From NCBI GenBank assembly GCA_947302655.1, contig CAMYVW010000001.1:340263-404262 (forward strand): 64,000 nt of DNA, read 5' to 3'. Of the stretch, positions 13,074 to 23,879 are shown in pieces (within the stretch, counting starts at the first letter, position 1; every line of letters starts with the position of its first letter). The position numbers and the translations under genes were made by a program. The notes under the pieces were generated by a model. The model did not search any database. It saw only the letters and a list, made by a program, of their open reading frames with translations, and was not told the DNA's origin. Origin of the DNA: an uncultured Mycoplasmatota bacterium (GTDB taxonomy: Bacteria; Bacillota_I; Bacilli_A; RF39; UBA660).

Positions 13074-14864
13074 ATGAAGAAGAGAAATGAAATTGAAGAA
13101 AAATATAAAATAGATACTACAGATTTATTTAAAGATAATAAAGAATTTGAAAAAGAATTATCATTAGTTGAAAAAGAGATAGGTAAAGTATCTGATTTTT
13201 CAGGTAAAATAATGGAAGGCGAAAATTTATATAAGTTATTATCATTCGATGAACAAATATCTAGAAGATTAATGAGACTTTATACATATGCTCATTTAAA
13301 TAATGATTTCGATTTATCCGATAATTTATATAATGAATATGTTTCTAAAGTTTTATTTATATATAATAAATATTCTTCTTTAGCTTCATTTATTGTTCCA
13401 GAATTACTAGAAAACAAATATGAAGAAATAGATAAAAAAATAAAAAGTGATAACAGATTAAAAGACTATGAATTATCATTAAAAAATATTTTTAGACTTA
13501 AAGAACACACATTAAATAAAAACGAGGAACTAATTATATCAAAACTTACAACACCATATGATAATTTTGAAAATGCTTATTCAAAATTAAAAAATGTTGA
13601 TTTAAAGTTTGGTAAAATTAAAGTTGATGGAAAAAGCGTTGAACTTAATCCAATTCTTTATGGTATTCTGCAAGAAAGTCCTGATAGAAATTTAAGAAAA
13701 ACTTCTTTTAAAAAACTTTATAAAGCATATAAATCAATTATTAATACCAATAGCGAATTAATAACTGGAAATGTTAAGAAAAACAACGCCATAGCTGAAG
13801 TAAGAAAGTTTAATTCTGCACTTGAAAGATCACTTATAAATAATGATGTTGATCCTAAAGTATATGATATGCTTTTAAAATCAATAGATAAAAATCTTGA
13901 TATTATTCATAAACAATGGGAAGTATATTTTAGTGCTTTAAATATAGAAAATCCACATATTTATGATACATCATGTCCAGTAATAGAAGGATATGATAAA
14001 AAGTATACTTTTGAAGAAGGTAAGAATCTTGTAATTAACGCCCTTAAAATAATGGGTGATGATTATTTAAGTATTATAAAAAAAGCTTTTGATGAAAGAT
14101 GGATAGATGTTTATCCAACAGAAAATAAAAGAACCGGTGGATACTGCACTAATTGCTATGAAACGCATCCTTATGTATTTCTTAACTTTGATGGAACTAT
14201 TCATGAAGTATCAACTATAATTCATGAACTTGGTCATGCAATGCAATATTATTACGCATCAAAATATAATAATTATTCTAATTATGATTATACAATTTTT
14301 GTTGCTGAAGTAGCATCACAAGTAAATGAAATATTACTTAATAAATATATAATTGATAATTCAAAAGATGAAAAAGAAGTTAAAACAATATATGCTAATT
14401 TAATAAAACAATTTAAAGGTTCAGTAGTAAGACAATCAATGTTTGCTGAATTTGAAAAGTTAATTTATGAAGCTGATCAAAATGGTGTACCTTTAAGTGT
14501 AGATTATTTAAATAATACATTTTATAAATTAAATAAAAAATACTATGGTAAGAATATAACTATAGATAAAGATATTAAATATGAATGGTCAAGAGTACCC
14601 CATTTTTACTATAATTTCTATGTTTATCAATATGCAACAGGATACATTGCAGCACTTAAAATAGCATCAGATATCTATAATAAAAAAGAAGGAGCCCTTG
14701 AAAATTACATTAAGTTCTTAAAATTAGGATCTACCCTTGATCCTGTAAGCTCATTAAAAGTTGCTGGTGTTGATTTAACTAAAGAAGAAACATTTGATTA
14801 TGCATTTGCTGAATTTGAAAAGCAACTAGAAGATTTTAAAAAAATAATAAAGAAGGAAGTATAG
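13074..14864 (+). CDS. pepF: Oligoendopeptidase F (M3B)
   Basis: [27 protein letters not shown] zinc motif, [27 protein letters not shown]. Confidence 0.95.
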   Translation: MKKRNEIEEKYKIDTTDLFKDNKEFEKELSLVEKEIGKVSDFSGKIMEGENLYKLLSFDEQISRRLMRLYTYAHLNNDFDLSDNLYNEYVSKVLFIYNKYSSLASFIVPELLENKYEEIDKKIKSDNRLKDYELSLKNIFRLKEHTLNKNEELIISKLTTPYDNFENAYSKLKNVDLKFGKIKVDGKSVELNPILYGILQESPDRNLRKTSFKKLYKAYKSIINTNSELITGNVKKNNAIAEVRKFNSALERSLINNDVDPKVYDMLLKSIDKNLDIIHKQWEVYFSALNIENPHIYDTSCPVIEGYDKKYTFEEGKNLVINALKIMGDDYLSIIKKAFDERWIDVYPTENKRTGGYCTNCYETHPYVFLNFDGTIHEVSTIIHELGHAMQYYYASKYNNYSNYDYTIFVAEVASQVNEILLNKYIIDNSKDEKEVKTIYANLIKQFKGSVVRQSMFAEFEKLIYEADQNGVPLSVDYLNNTFYKLNKKYYGKNITIDKDIKYEWSRVPHFYYNFYVYQYATGYIAALKIASDIYNKKEGALENYIKFLKLGSTLDPVSSLKVAGVDLTKEETFDYAFAEFEKQLEDFKKIIKKEV

Positions 14865-14865
14865 C

Positions 14866-15978
14866 ATGAACAAAAAAGATTACTATGAAGTCCTTGGTGT
14901 TAAAAAAGATGCATCTGATGAAGAAATAAAAAGAGCATTTAGAAAACTAGCTAAACAATATCATCCAGATGTTAATAAAGAACCAGGTGCTGAAGAAAAA
15001 TTCAAAGAAATTGGTGAAGCATACGCTGTTTTATCAGATCCAAATAAACGAAGTCAATATGATCAATTTGGTCATGCTGCATTCCAAAACGGAGCAGGAG
15101 GTGCAGGTGGTGCCGGTGGCTTTGGAGGTTTTGACTTTAATGACTTTGATTTCGGCGATATTTTTGATGATTTATTTGGTGGTTTTGGTTTTGGAAGAAA
15201 ATCAAAGAATAAATCTCAAAAAGGTCCTGATACATTAGTTAGAGTTCAACTTGATTTTATGGAAGCTATAAAGGGATGTAAGAAAACTATTAAAATCGAC
15301 TTAAATGATACATGTGATAAATGTAATGGTAAAGGTGGATTTAAAGAAAAAACTTGTCCCACATGTGGTGGACGTGGAAGAGTAGTAGTTCAGCAAAACT
15401 CATTATTTGGTGTTTTCCAAACTGAAACAACATGTCGTGATTGTGGTGGAGCTGGTAAATCATATGAAGAAAAATGTAGTAAGTGTAATGGAAAAGGAAC
15501 TGTAAAACAAACTAAAGAAATTGAAGTAGATGTTCCATCTGGTGTAGATAATGGAAATAAACTTAGAATATCTGGAAAAGGTGAAGCTGGAAGAAACGGT
15601 GGACCTAACGGAGATATTTATATTGAGTTTATAGTAAAAGAACATCCATTATTTGAAAGAGATGGTAGTGATATTTATATCGAAGTACCTGTTACTGTTA
15701 CTGAAGCTATACTAGGATGTAAAAAAGAAATACCTACTTTAGATGGTAATGTATATCTTGAAATTAAACCAGGAACACAACCACTAACTAAATTAAAACT
15801 AAGAGGTAAAGGTGTTAAACCTGTTAATGAACGTTTTACTGGAGATTTATACGCTGTCATTAATGTTGTTATTCCAACTAAATTAAATAAATCTCAAAAA
15901 GAATTAATAAAGGATCTATCAGAAACTGACTTGGATTCTGAAAGTGAAATTAAAAAATTTAAAAAATATTTGGATTAA
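14866..15978 (+). CDS. dnaJ: Chaperone DnaJ
   Basis: J domain with HPD, G/F region, four CxxCxGxG repeats. Confidence 0.98.
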   Translation: MNKKDYYEVLGVKKDASDEEIKRAFRKLAKQYHPDVNKEPGAEEKFKEIGEAYAVLSDPNKRSQYDQFGHAAFQNGAGGAGGAGGFGGFDFNDFDFGDIFDDLFGGFGFGRKSKNKSQKGPDTLVRVQLDFMEAIKGCKKTIKIDLNDTCDKCNGKGGFKEKTCPTCGGRGRVVVQQNSLFGVFQTETTCRDCGGAGKSYEEKCSKCNGKGTVKQTKEIEVDVPSGVDNGNKLRISGKGEAGRNGGPNGDIYIEFIVKEHPLFERDGSDIYIEVPVTVTEAILGCKKEIPTLDGNVYLEIKPGTQPLTKLKLRGKGVKPVNERFTGDLYAVINVVIPTKLNKSQKELIKDLSETDLDSESEIKKFKKYLD

Positions 15979-15995
15979 TTTCCAAATATTTTTTT
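15962..15995 (+). terminator. Intrinsic terminator overlapping the dnaJ end
   Basis: AAAAATATTTGGA-TTAATT-TCCAAATATTTTTTT. Confidence 0.75.
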
Positions 15996-16069
15996 AATTA
16001 TTCATTTCCTTTAAATTGACATTATAATAGTAAAAATTGTATAATGAATACTAGGAAGGTGTTGATAAA

Positions 16070-17299
16070 ATGAAGAAGAAATATTTTGTTATTGCTTCAA
16101 TTATATTAACACTTTTTTTAATTGTATTAATTGTTATTCTAACAAATCATAAAAGTGAAATAATACCTAAAATCGTAGTTAAAAATGGTTTATCTATAAA
16201 CTATCTTGATGGTGATGAACTTTATGCATCAAATAGAGAAAATAAATATACTTTTTCTGTTACTAATGATAGTGATTTAGATAAATATTATCAAATAGAC
16301 ATTGAAGATATTAATAAACCTGATGGTGTTAATATTTTAATTAAATGTAATGAAACTAACACTAATAAGAAAATCACTGATTTATCAATGGGTAGTTTAG
16401 TTGATTATGCAGTTATAACACCTGGTGAAACTCATACATATATTCTTACAGTAAGTCCAATTTTAACAAGTGTTAAAATTGGAAGTATAAATATAAATGA
16501 ATATACTTTTTCTAATGAATACTTTGCTCAAACTATAATATCAAATAGTACTATATATCAAAATCCTCAAACAACTGTTGGTGTAGAAACATCTATTAAT
16601 GATGAAGGTTTAATACAAGATATTGATGATTATGGATCAACATATTATTTTAGAGGTGCATCCACTAACAATTATTTTAAATTTGCAGATAATATGTGGA
16701 GAATAGTAAGAATAAATGGTAATAATACTGTTAAAGTAGTTCTTGATTCAGCAACTGAAAATTTATCTACATATTATGATGAAGTATCAAACAATTATTT
16801 CAAATATACTAATTCTAATATAAAAAAGAATTTGGAAAGTTGGTATGAAGAAAATCTTCGTCAATACGATAAATATATTGCAAGTTCAAAAGCTTGCGAC
16901 TATACCCTTTATACTGGAACAGATGAATATATTTTTGAATCTAGTCAAAGATTAGAGGTTAATCATGCCCCAACATTTAATTGTTTAGGTAATAAAGTTA
17001 ATGCAAAAATTATGCCTCTTACTGCTGATGAAGTAGAGTATGCTGGAGGATTAATAGGTGTTAGTAATACCAACTATTATTTATATAATGAAAATATAAC
17101 TAATCCATCATGGACAATTACTCCTGCTAGAGGTAATCAAAATGAGTATTATCCATATGTTATTGGAACAACAGGTCAGATAGAATCAACTTCTATTGGT
17201 AATCAAACAAGAGCTTTAAGACCTGTTATAAATATAAATAAAAAGGTAAGCGTTACCGGAAAAGGTACATATGATAACCCATATCAAATTTCTGAGTAG
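16070..17299 (+). CDS. Membrane-anchored surface protein (DUF6273-like C-terminal domain)
   Basis: N-terminal TM; YYFRGASTNNYFKFADNMWRIVRING and ALRPVININK..GKGTYDNPY segments; family assignment from memory. Confidence 0.55.
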   Translation: MKKKYFVIASIILTLFLIVLIVILTNHKSEIIPKIVVKNGLSINYLDGDELYASNRENKYTFSVTNDSDLDKYYQIDIEDINKPDGVNILIKCNETNTNKKITDLSMGSLVDYAVITPGETHTYILTVSPILTSVKIGSININEYTFSNEYFAQTIISNSTIYQNPQTTVGVETSINDEGLIQDIDDYGSTYYFRGASTNNYFKFADNMWRIVRINGNNTVKVVLDSATENLSTYYDEVSNNYFKYTNSNIKKNLESWYEENLRQYDKYIASSKACDYTLYTGTDEYIFESSQRLEVNHAPTFNCLGNKVNAKIMPLTADEVEYAGGLIGVSNTNYYLYNENITNPSWTITPARGNQNEYYPYVIGTTGQIESTSIGNQTRALRPVININKKVSVTGKGTYDNPYQISE

Positions 17300-17310
17300 G
17301 AGGATATAAG

Positions 17311-20300
17311 ATGAAAAAAAATCTTAAGAAAAATGGTTTTATTGCTATTTCTATGATTTATTCTGTTTTCATACTTTTTGTAACTATTTTAATTGCTATT
17401 ATGTTTTCCTACATTACAGATAGGAAAACATCTAATGCAATTAAACAAGATATTAAAAATAGATTTGCTTCTAAGTTACCAGAGATTACATATGTTAATT
17501 TAGATAGTACAACAACAGATCATCGTTTTGATGTAAAAATAAATGTAGGAATAGGAAGCTTTCCTGTAGGAAATATTACTTATATTTGGTCAAAAAATTC
17601 TAATGCAGTTCCAAATAAAATAATTAGTAACGGTGATGTTGTATCTCTTTCATATGACGAAGAACCAGGTGAGTGGTACCTAGTTTCTAAAGCATGTGAT
17701 GTTTTCGATAATTGTACAGTTACTATATCAAGAAAATATATTATTGATGAAAGTGCTACGTTAGTTTCAGGTTTAACTTTTAATACTAAACTTAAAGCTT
17801 TAGCAACTGCTGTTTTAGGTAATCAAGCTAAAATTTTAACATTTAGAAGAACTTATGAAATAGATGATTTAAATAAAACATCTAATAATGTTATATCTAC
17901 AGCATCATCATCTTCACCTATATATGCTTTTTGTGAAGCAAGAAACAGCACTTTTGTAGATTGCTATTATTATACTGATGCTATGAAAGTTAAACTTAAT
18001 AGTGATTCATCAGGAATGTTTAGAGATTTAGAAAAAATTCAAACTATTGATTTAGGTGATTTTGATAAATCATCAGTAAACCGAGTAAGTGACTTTTTTA
18101 CTGGATGTACAGATTTAAGAAATATCAAAACACCTCTTTCATCATTCTTTTCTCCACCAATTACACTTCCAGGAACATTTTATAATGATAATGGTCAATC
18201 ATTAACACAAATGCTTGGTACTACAACTGGAAAAATGTGGCTTACAAAAGATAATACGAACTACACTATTTCATATGATTTAAATGGTGGATCACTTCCT
18301 AAAGATAATAAACTTTCTTATAACAGAACCACGGAAACATTTACTTTAAATAATCCAACTAGGGAAGGTTATATATTTGCTGGTTGGTCTGGTGGTAAAA
18401 ACTTATTTAATTATGTTGAACCTATAGAAGGTGAAGGAGTTAAAATTCATTCTGATTGTGTTGAATTTGATCAAGGAAGTTTTCCTGGAAATATTGCAAG
18501 CAATATACAACTTCAAGTATCTCTTGACGATGCTGAAAACTCATACGCTACAAAAATAGTAGTTCCAAGTTCTAGTGATCTTGGTAAAAAAGAAGCAACA
18601 TTTTTAAAAGATAATACATTTAATAAGTATCGTTTAAAAATTAATACAAATCTAAGAGATTCTGCGTTAAATCTTTCTTATATGCAACTTATAGATGGAA
18701 AGTACTATTCAATATCATTTAATGTTGATGATTATCAACCAAATAGTGCTTATGTAAAACTTTCTCAAGTACAAATAGAAGAAGGAAACAGAGCTACTGA
18801 ATATGAAAGATATGTTGATAGAGATTTAAAAGTTACTATACCTAAGGGTTCGCAAGGAAATAGACATTATGTTGCTAATTGGATACCTGCCAACACTAAT
18901 ACATATACACTAACAATTAACCCAAACGGAGGTTCATGGTATGGTAGTACCACTCCGGTAACAAAAAAATTAAAATATGATGATGTATTTGATATACCTG
19001 CACCAACAAGAGAAGGTTATGTATTTGATGGATGGAAAGAATATCAAAGAGCTAAAATGGAAGATAACGTTATAAGTGGTTGGGGATTTAAAAAAGTTAA
19101 TGTATATAATAATGCTCAAAATGGAGTTGTAACACATACATATACTGCTAAATCAGCTGACAATCCACTTAGTTCAACCACTAGAGAATTAAAAATTTCA
19201 CACTCAGGAACTGCTGATTCATTACCTGGGTTAGGAGGTTTTTATCAATCTTTTAAAACTGCTTATAGTAGAAAATATATCCATGTTATTGTCGCTAAAG
19301 TACCTAATGAATATTATTTACACTATGCTTATAATGATGGAAGTTTGGGTACAGGAGGAAACGTTCAATGGTTAACATCTAATCGTGGTGACGGAACTTG
19401 GAAGACATATGCATATTTAGTCACAACCGGTTCAACAGGAACTGTTGGAAATACAATTGGTTTTGTTTACTTATCACAATTATCTACAAATACATGGAAT
19501 GGAACAACTGCAAATGCAGAAAATAGAAATATCTCAATGCAAATTGCATCAACAAATATATATGATGTAACTTATGATGATTCTGGTTTCGGAATGATTG
19601 ATGGATCAGCAAAATTAACTGCTAAGTGGACAACACCGGTTTCAGTTACAATTGATCCATATGGTAGTACTTATAAAGGAAAAACTGGAAATGTAGTTAT
19701 ATCTGGTAGACCAGGTGAAGAAATAGACCTTGCAAATAGTCTTGCAAAAAATGGATACGTCTTTAATGGTTGGACTTATTCTGGAAGTAGTATAATTAAT
19801 TATTTTGATGGTACAAATATATCTCATAAAGTTTATTCTCAAACTCAAGTTTTTGATTCATCCACTACAACCCCTGCAACAGCATATAACAATAACAATA
19901 ATGGTGCCGTTACAACAAGTATGGCATATGATTCTAAGGCAGGTGCTTATAGATTAAAAATTGTTACAAATGGAAATGCAGCCCCTGAAGCAGGAGGTAT
20001 ATATTTAGATTTATATCCTGTGGTTCCAGAAAGAATTAATGTTGTTGTAGTTGAAGCAAGAATACCAAAAGAATACTATATTAGTGCAAATGGTGGAGTT
20101 GGTAGATTTTATACTGGAATTGGTTCATACCCACAAGTTACTTTGGGAACAACAGAAGGTACAAATAATTATAAATTCTATTATTTACCTGTATATTTTG
20201 GTAAAACAGGTGGTTTTAAACCAACAGTATATTTAAAAGTCTATGGATCGGATAACACTTCAGTAACATGGTATGTTAGAAGTGTATCGGTATATAGTTA

Positions 20301-21414
20301 TGATAAAGGTGCGTTAATTTCCACATTTAAACTTCCAAGTGAATCTGAAACCTTAACAGCAAGATGGGGAGTTGGTGGTTCTAGAATTACTTTTGAACCA
20401 AATGGTGGAAATATTGATACTACTTCAGCTAATTCACCAGTAAAAAACTGGAAGAATGGTTATAACGTTGATGGTGGTATTATGAGATATTACTCATATA
20501 ATCAATCTTATGCTACTTATCCAGGTGATTCTGATTATGATTGGACTCCTGATAACAGAGTTACAAAAAAAGAAGGATATCACTTAGATGGTTGGTATAC
20601 AGATCCAACTAATGGTACTAAAATATTTAATGGCGATGGAACGCTTGTTCCAAGTGTTCCAGGATATTCTGATTCTTCAGGTAAATGGATAAAATATGAC
20701 GAAAACATTACTTTATATGCACACTGGGCGCCTAACACAATGACGATTAAATACTATGCTGGTGGTGCCACTCATAAATGCAAAAACAAGGACTCTAATA
20801 ATGTGTGTGGAAGTGTTGAAAAAATAAATAATCAGTTAATTGCAACCGAAAATTACACATACAATTATCTTGTCGGCCAAGGCTGGCCTGCTGATTATTT
20901 CTATCCATATTCACACCAATTAATTAAATATGGATATAAATCAGAATATAAATACCATATAGGAAGTGCAACGTCATCAAGTACAATAAATACAGATTTG
21001 GTACCTAGTGGTGGATGGTATGGTTCAAAACTTTCAGAGAGTTTAGGAAAAACTTCTGAATTTAAAACTGGTGATGTTACCGTAAATATCTATGGTGGAT
21101 GGTATTCAGCTTTTGTTGACAATGCAACAATTAGTTCAACAAACGGTGCATATGCAACTGGATCTCAATATAGTAACTATATGGCTACTCAAGATTATTT
21201 CCCAGTTCAAGGTGGAACAACATTAACATCAAATTATACATTGTGTGGTGTTTATTCTTATCGAGCAGATTATTCATTTATTAGAAGAGAAACCAATCGT
21301 ACGAAGACTCATACAATTTCTTCAGATGCTAAGTTTGTTAGATTTGAAATTGATAAAACACAAGAAGGTAGTCACGATGCTAATTGGTGGACTTCTCATA
21401 TAACTATTGAATAA
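17311..21414 (+). CDS. Large surface adhesin-like protein: pilin-like N-terminus, BspA/DUF285-type LRR, InlB B-repeats, inserted beta-sandwich modules
   Basis: KKNG-FIAISMIYSVFILF leader; GMFRDLEKIQTIDL..FFTGCTDL LRR; four to five Y/F..NGG..TREGY.F.GW units. Confidence 0.75.
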   Translation: MKKNLKKNGFIAISMIYSVFILFVTILIAIMFSYITDRKTSNAIKQDIKNRFASKLPEITYVNLDSTTTDHRFDVKINVGIGSFPVGNITYIWSKNSNAVPNKIISNGDVVSLSYDEEPGEWYLVSKACDVFDNCTVTISRKYIIDESATLVSGLTFNTKLKALATAVLGNQAKILTFRRTYEIDDLNKTSNNVISTASSSSPIYAFCEARNSTFVDCYYYTDAMKVKLNSDSSGMFRDLEKIQTIDLGDFDKSSVNRVSDFFTGCTDLRNIKTPLSSFFSPPITLPGTFYNDNGQSLTQMLGTTTGKMWLTKDNTNYTISYDLNGGSLPKDNKLSYNRTTETFTLNNPTREGYIFAGWSGGKNLFNYVEPIEGEGVKIHSDCVEFDQGSFPGNIASNIQLQVSLDDAENSYATKIVVPSSSDLGKKEATFLKDNTFNKYRLKINTNLRDSALNLSYMQLIDGKYYSISFNVDDYQPNSAYVKLSQVQIEEGNRATEYERYVDRDLKVTIPKGSQGNRHYVANWIPANTNTYTLTINPNGGSWYGSTTPVTKKLKYDDVFDIPAPTREGYVFDGWKEYQRAKMEDNVISGWGFKKVNVYNNAQNGVVTHTYTAKSADNPLSSTTRELKISHSGTADSLPGLGGFYQSFKTAYSRKYIHVIVAKVPNEYYLHYAYNDGSLGTGGNVQWLTSNRGDGTWKTYAYLVTTGSTGTVGNTIGFVYLSQLSTNTWNGTTANAENRNISMQIASTNIYDVTYDDSGFGMIDGSAKLTAKWTTPVSVTIDPYGSTYKGKTGNVVISGRPGEEIDLANSLAKNGYVFNGWTYSGSSIINYFDGTNISHKVYSQTQVFDSSTTTPATAYNNNNNGAVTTSMAYDSKAGAYRLKIVTNGNAAPEAGGIYLDLYPVVPERINVVVVEARIPKEYYISANGGVGRFYTGIGSYPQVTLGTTEGTNNYKFYYLPVYFGKTGGFKPTVYLKVYGSDNTSVTWYVRSVSVYSYDKGALISTFKLPSESETLTARWGVGGSRITFEPNGGNIDTTSANSPVKNWKNGYNVDGGIMRYYSYNQSYATYPGDSDYDWTPDNRVTKKEGYHLDGWYTDPTNGTKIFNGDGTLVPSVPGYSDSSGKWIKYDENITLYAHWAPNTMTIKYYAGGATHKCKNKDSNNVCGSVEKINNQLIATENYTYNYLVGQGWPADYFYPYSHQLIKYGYKSEYKYHIGSATSSSTINTDLVPSGGWYGSKLSESLGKTSEFKTGDVTVNIYGGWYSAFVDNATISSTNGAYATGSQYSNYMATQDYFPVQGGTTLTSNYTLCGVYSYRADYSFIRRETNRTKTHTISSDAKFVRFEIDKTQEGSHDANWWTSHITIE

Positions 21415-21417
21415 CAT

Positions 21418-21450
21418 AAACGTAAAGTATTGACAAAATACTTTACGTTT
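21418..21450 (+). terminator. 14-bp stem terminator containing TTGACA
   Basis: AAACGTAAAGTATT-GACAA-AATACTTTACGTTT. Confidence 0.8.
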
Positions 21451-21521
21451 TGTATTTTATTAATATAATTTATAATTAATTTTAAATTTATTATGATAAA
21501 ATAAATATGTGGTGAAAAGAT

Positions 21522-22247
21522 ATGTATATAGTAAGTCGTACATTAATTAATATCTTAAATATTCTTGATAGTATCAAAAACTTTTTGTCTAGTTTAACAA
21601 CTATTGATATTATCTTCTTTTTTGCTGTACTTCTTTTAATGATATTATTAGTTACACTTCTATATTTCATTAAAACAAATGCAGACTATGTAGAACCTGA
21701 TAATAATGTGTTAAAAGGTATTGAAGAAATAAAGTCAGATAATGTAACTAGTAATTATGTAGAACCAAAAAATATAGGTACGTATACTAGTTTAAATAAT
21801 ATAAGTCAAAGTATTAATGATGATTATAAGTATAGTGCATCTAATAATAACTTAGGTGATTATGATGATGAAGAGGGAGAATTATTTGATTTAGAAACAA
21901 TCACTAAAAAATTAGAAAGTAAAGAGCTTACTCCTATAGATTTAACAGATTATGAAGAGGAACAAGAAAAAGATGCAATTATTAGTTACGAAGAACTTCT
22001 TAATAGATCTAATAATCAGTCAAATCCATATGTTCCAAATATTGATATAAATAACAAAAATAATGATTATAATGTTGTTTCATATGATATACCATATAAA
22101 AAAGAAATTATGTTAGATGATTTACTTGTTAAAGAAGTCGATATAAAAGGCTTAGAAGAATCAACTAGTAGTGTTAAAACTATTAGTTATGGGGAAGAAG
22201 AAGCATTTTTAAGTGCTTTAAAACAATTACAAGAACAATTAAGATAA
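21522..22247 (+). CDS. Hypothetical membrane protein with acidic cytoplasmic region
   Basis: One TM (IIFFFAVLLLMILLVTLLYFI), acidic low-complexity tail; SD GGTGA. Confidence 0.7.
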   Translation: MYIVSRTLINILNILDSIKNFLSSLTTIDIIFFFAVLLLMILLVTLLYFIKTNADYVEPDNNVLKGIEEIKSDNVTSNYVEPKNIGTYTSLNNISQSINDDYKYSASNNNLGDYDDEEGELFDLETITKKLESKELTPIDLTDYEEEQEKDAIISYEELLNRSNNQSNPYVPNIDINNKNNDYNVVSYDIPYKKEIMLDDLLVKEVDIKGLEESTSSVKTISYGEEEAFLSALKQLQEQLR

Positions 22248-22264
22248 AAAAACAGGTGGTTTAA

Positions 22265-23554
22265 ATGAAATTCAAAGTAATTAATTTTGGTTGTAAAGTT
22301 AATACTTATGAAAGTACTTATCTTGAAGAAAAATTTATAGAAAATAAATTAACTGAAGCATCTTCTATCGAAGATGCTGATTTGATTGTTATAAACACAT
22401 GTTCTGTTACTAATGTAGCTGATCAAAAATGTAAAAAAATGATTAGAAGAGTTAGAAGAGAAAATCCCAGTGCTGTTCTAGTTGCAACTGGTTGTAGTGT
22501 TCAAAATAATTTTGATATCTACAAAGAATATGGTGTAAATATATTAGTTGATAATTTTCATAAAGGAGAAATATATTCCTTATTTAAAAAATATTTAGAA
22601 GATAAAGAAAATATCTATATTTATAATAATAATCGAAATCAAAAATTTGAAGATATGCTGTTAGATAAATATACAAAACATACAAGAGCATTTATTAAAA
22701 TTCAAGATGGTTGTGATAATTTCTGCTCATACTGTGTTATTCCCCTTGTTAGAGGAAGTATAAGAAGTAAAGAATTTAATAAAGTAATAGAAGAAGCAAA
22801 TATATTAGCAAATAATGGCCATAAAGAAATAGTATTAGTTGGTATTCATACTGGAAGTTATAATAGTAATGGTAAAGATTTAGTAGATTTAATTGACGAA
22901 CTTTCTAAAATCGATAAAATAAAAAGAATTAGAATATCATCAATTGAAATTACAGAACTTAACGATAAATTTATGAATCTTTTAAAAACCAATAATAAAA
23001 TAGCAAATCACTTACACATTCCTCTTCAAGCAGGATCAGATGAAATATTAAAAATTATGAATCGTAAATATGATTTGAAATATTTTGAAGAAAAAATAAA
23101 TTTAATTAGATCCATAAGACCTGATATTAATATAACAACAGATGTAATTGTAGGTCATCCTTATGAAACAGAAGAATTATTTAACAAAACTTTAGATTTT
23201 TGTAAAAAAATAGAGTTTGGCAAAATTCATGTTTTTCCTTATTCAATAAGAAAAAACACTAAAGCTGCAACTATGCCAAATCAAGTTAATGAAATAGAAA
23301 AGAAAAATAGAGCTGAAAAACTAATTAGACTTAGTGATATATTGATGGATAAATATGAATCAAAATTTATAGGTAAAACTATGGATATCATAACAGAAAA
23401 GAATCATAAAGATGAAATAGTTGGTTTTACAAGTAATTATATTAAAATATATGTAAATAATTCTGCCAATATATTAGTAAATTCTATAATTAGTGTTAAA
23501 CTTATAAGTAGAGATAGTAATTATGTTTATGCTGATGTTGTGGAGGATAAGTAA
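22265..23554 (+). CDS. mtaB: tRNA t6A37 methylthiotransferase MtaB
   Basis: FGCKVNTYES, INTCSVT, KIQDGCDNFCSYC radical SAM motif, HIPLQAG, C-terminal TRAM region. Confidence 0.93.
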   Translation: MKFKVINFGCKVNTYESTYLEEKFIENKLTEASSIEDADLIVINTCSVTNVADQKCKKMIRRVRRENPSAVLVATGCSVQNNFDIYKEYGVNILVDNFHKGEIYSLFKKYLEDKENIYIYNNNRNQKFEDMLLDKYTKHTRAFIKIQDGCDNFCSYCVIPLVRGSIRSKEFNKVIEEANILANNGHKEIVLVGIHTGSYNSNGKDLVDLIDELSKIDKIKRIRISSIEITELNDKFMNLLKTNNKIANHLHIPLQAGSDEILKIMNRKYDLKYFEEKINLIRSIRPDINITTDVIVGHPYETEELFNKTLDFCKKIEFGKIHVFPYSIRKNTKAATMPNQVNEIEKKNRAEKLIRLSDILMDKYESKFIGKTMDIITEKNHKDEIVGFTSNYIKIYVNNSANILVNSIISVKLISRDSNYVYADVVEDK

Positions 23555-23556
23555 TT

Positions 23557-23862
23557 ATGAATAGTGATGAAAAAAGAAATATGATGATTGCATCTATTAT
23601 AGATTCATACAATAAGGTAGATTTATTATATAGAGATTATGAAAGTAATCTTGAAGCTAGAAAAGAAAGAATGGGAGATTTTCTTCTTAGTTTAGAAAAA
23701 CCAAAACATGATCAGATTAAAACAATAAAAAATGAGCTAGATAAAGTTCATAATTTAAATAAAGAAAACGATTTCTTTGAGCTTGAAGAAGAAGTACGTT
23801 TGATTAAGAACTTTATTTCAGCAATAGGTTATAAAGAAGAGAAAAAAGTTTCTGAAAGATAA
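23557..23862 (+). CDS. Hypothetical protein
   Basis: 101-aa ORF coupled between mtaB and recD2; no motif recognised. Confidence 0.65.
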   Translation: MNSDEKRNMMIASIIDSYNKVDLLYRDYESNLEARKERMGDFLLSLEKPKHDQIKTIKNELDKVHNLNKENDFFELEEEVRLIKNFISAIGYKEEKKVSER

Positions 23863-23879
23863 TTTTAGGGGAAGTAAAA

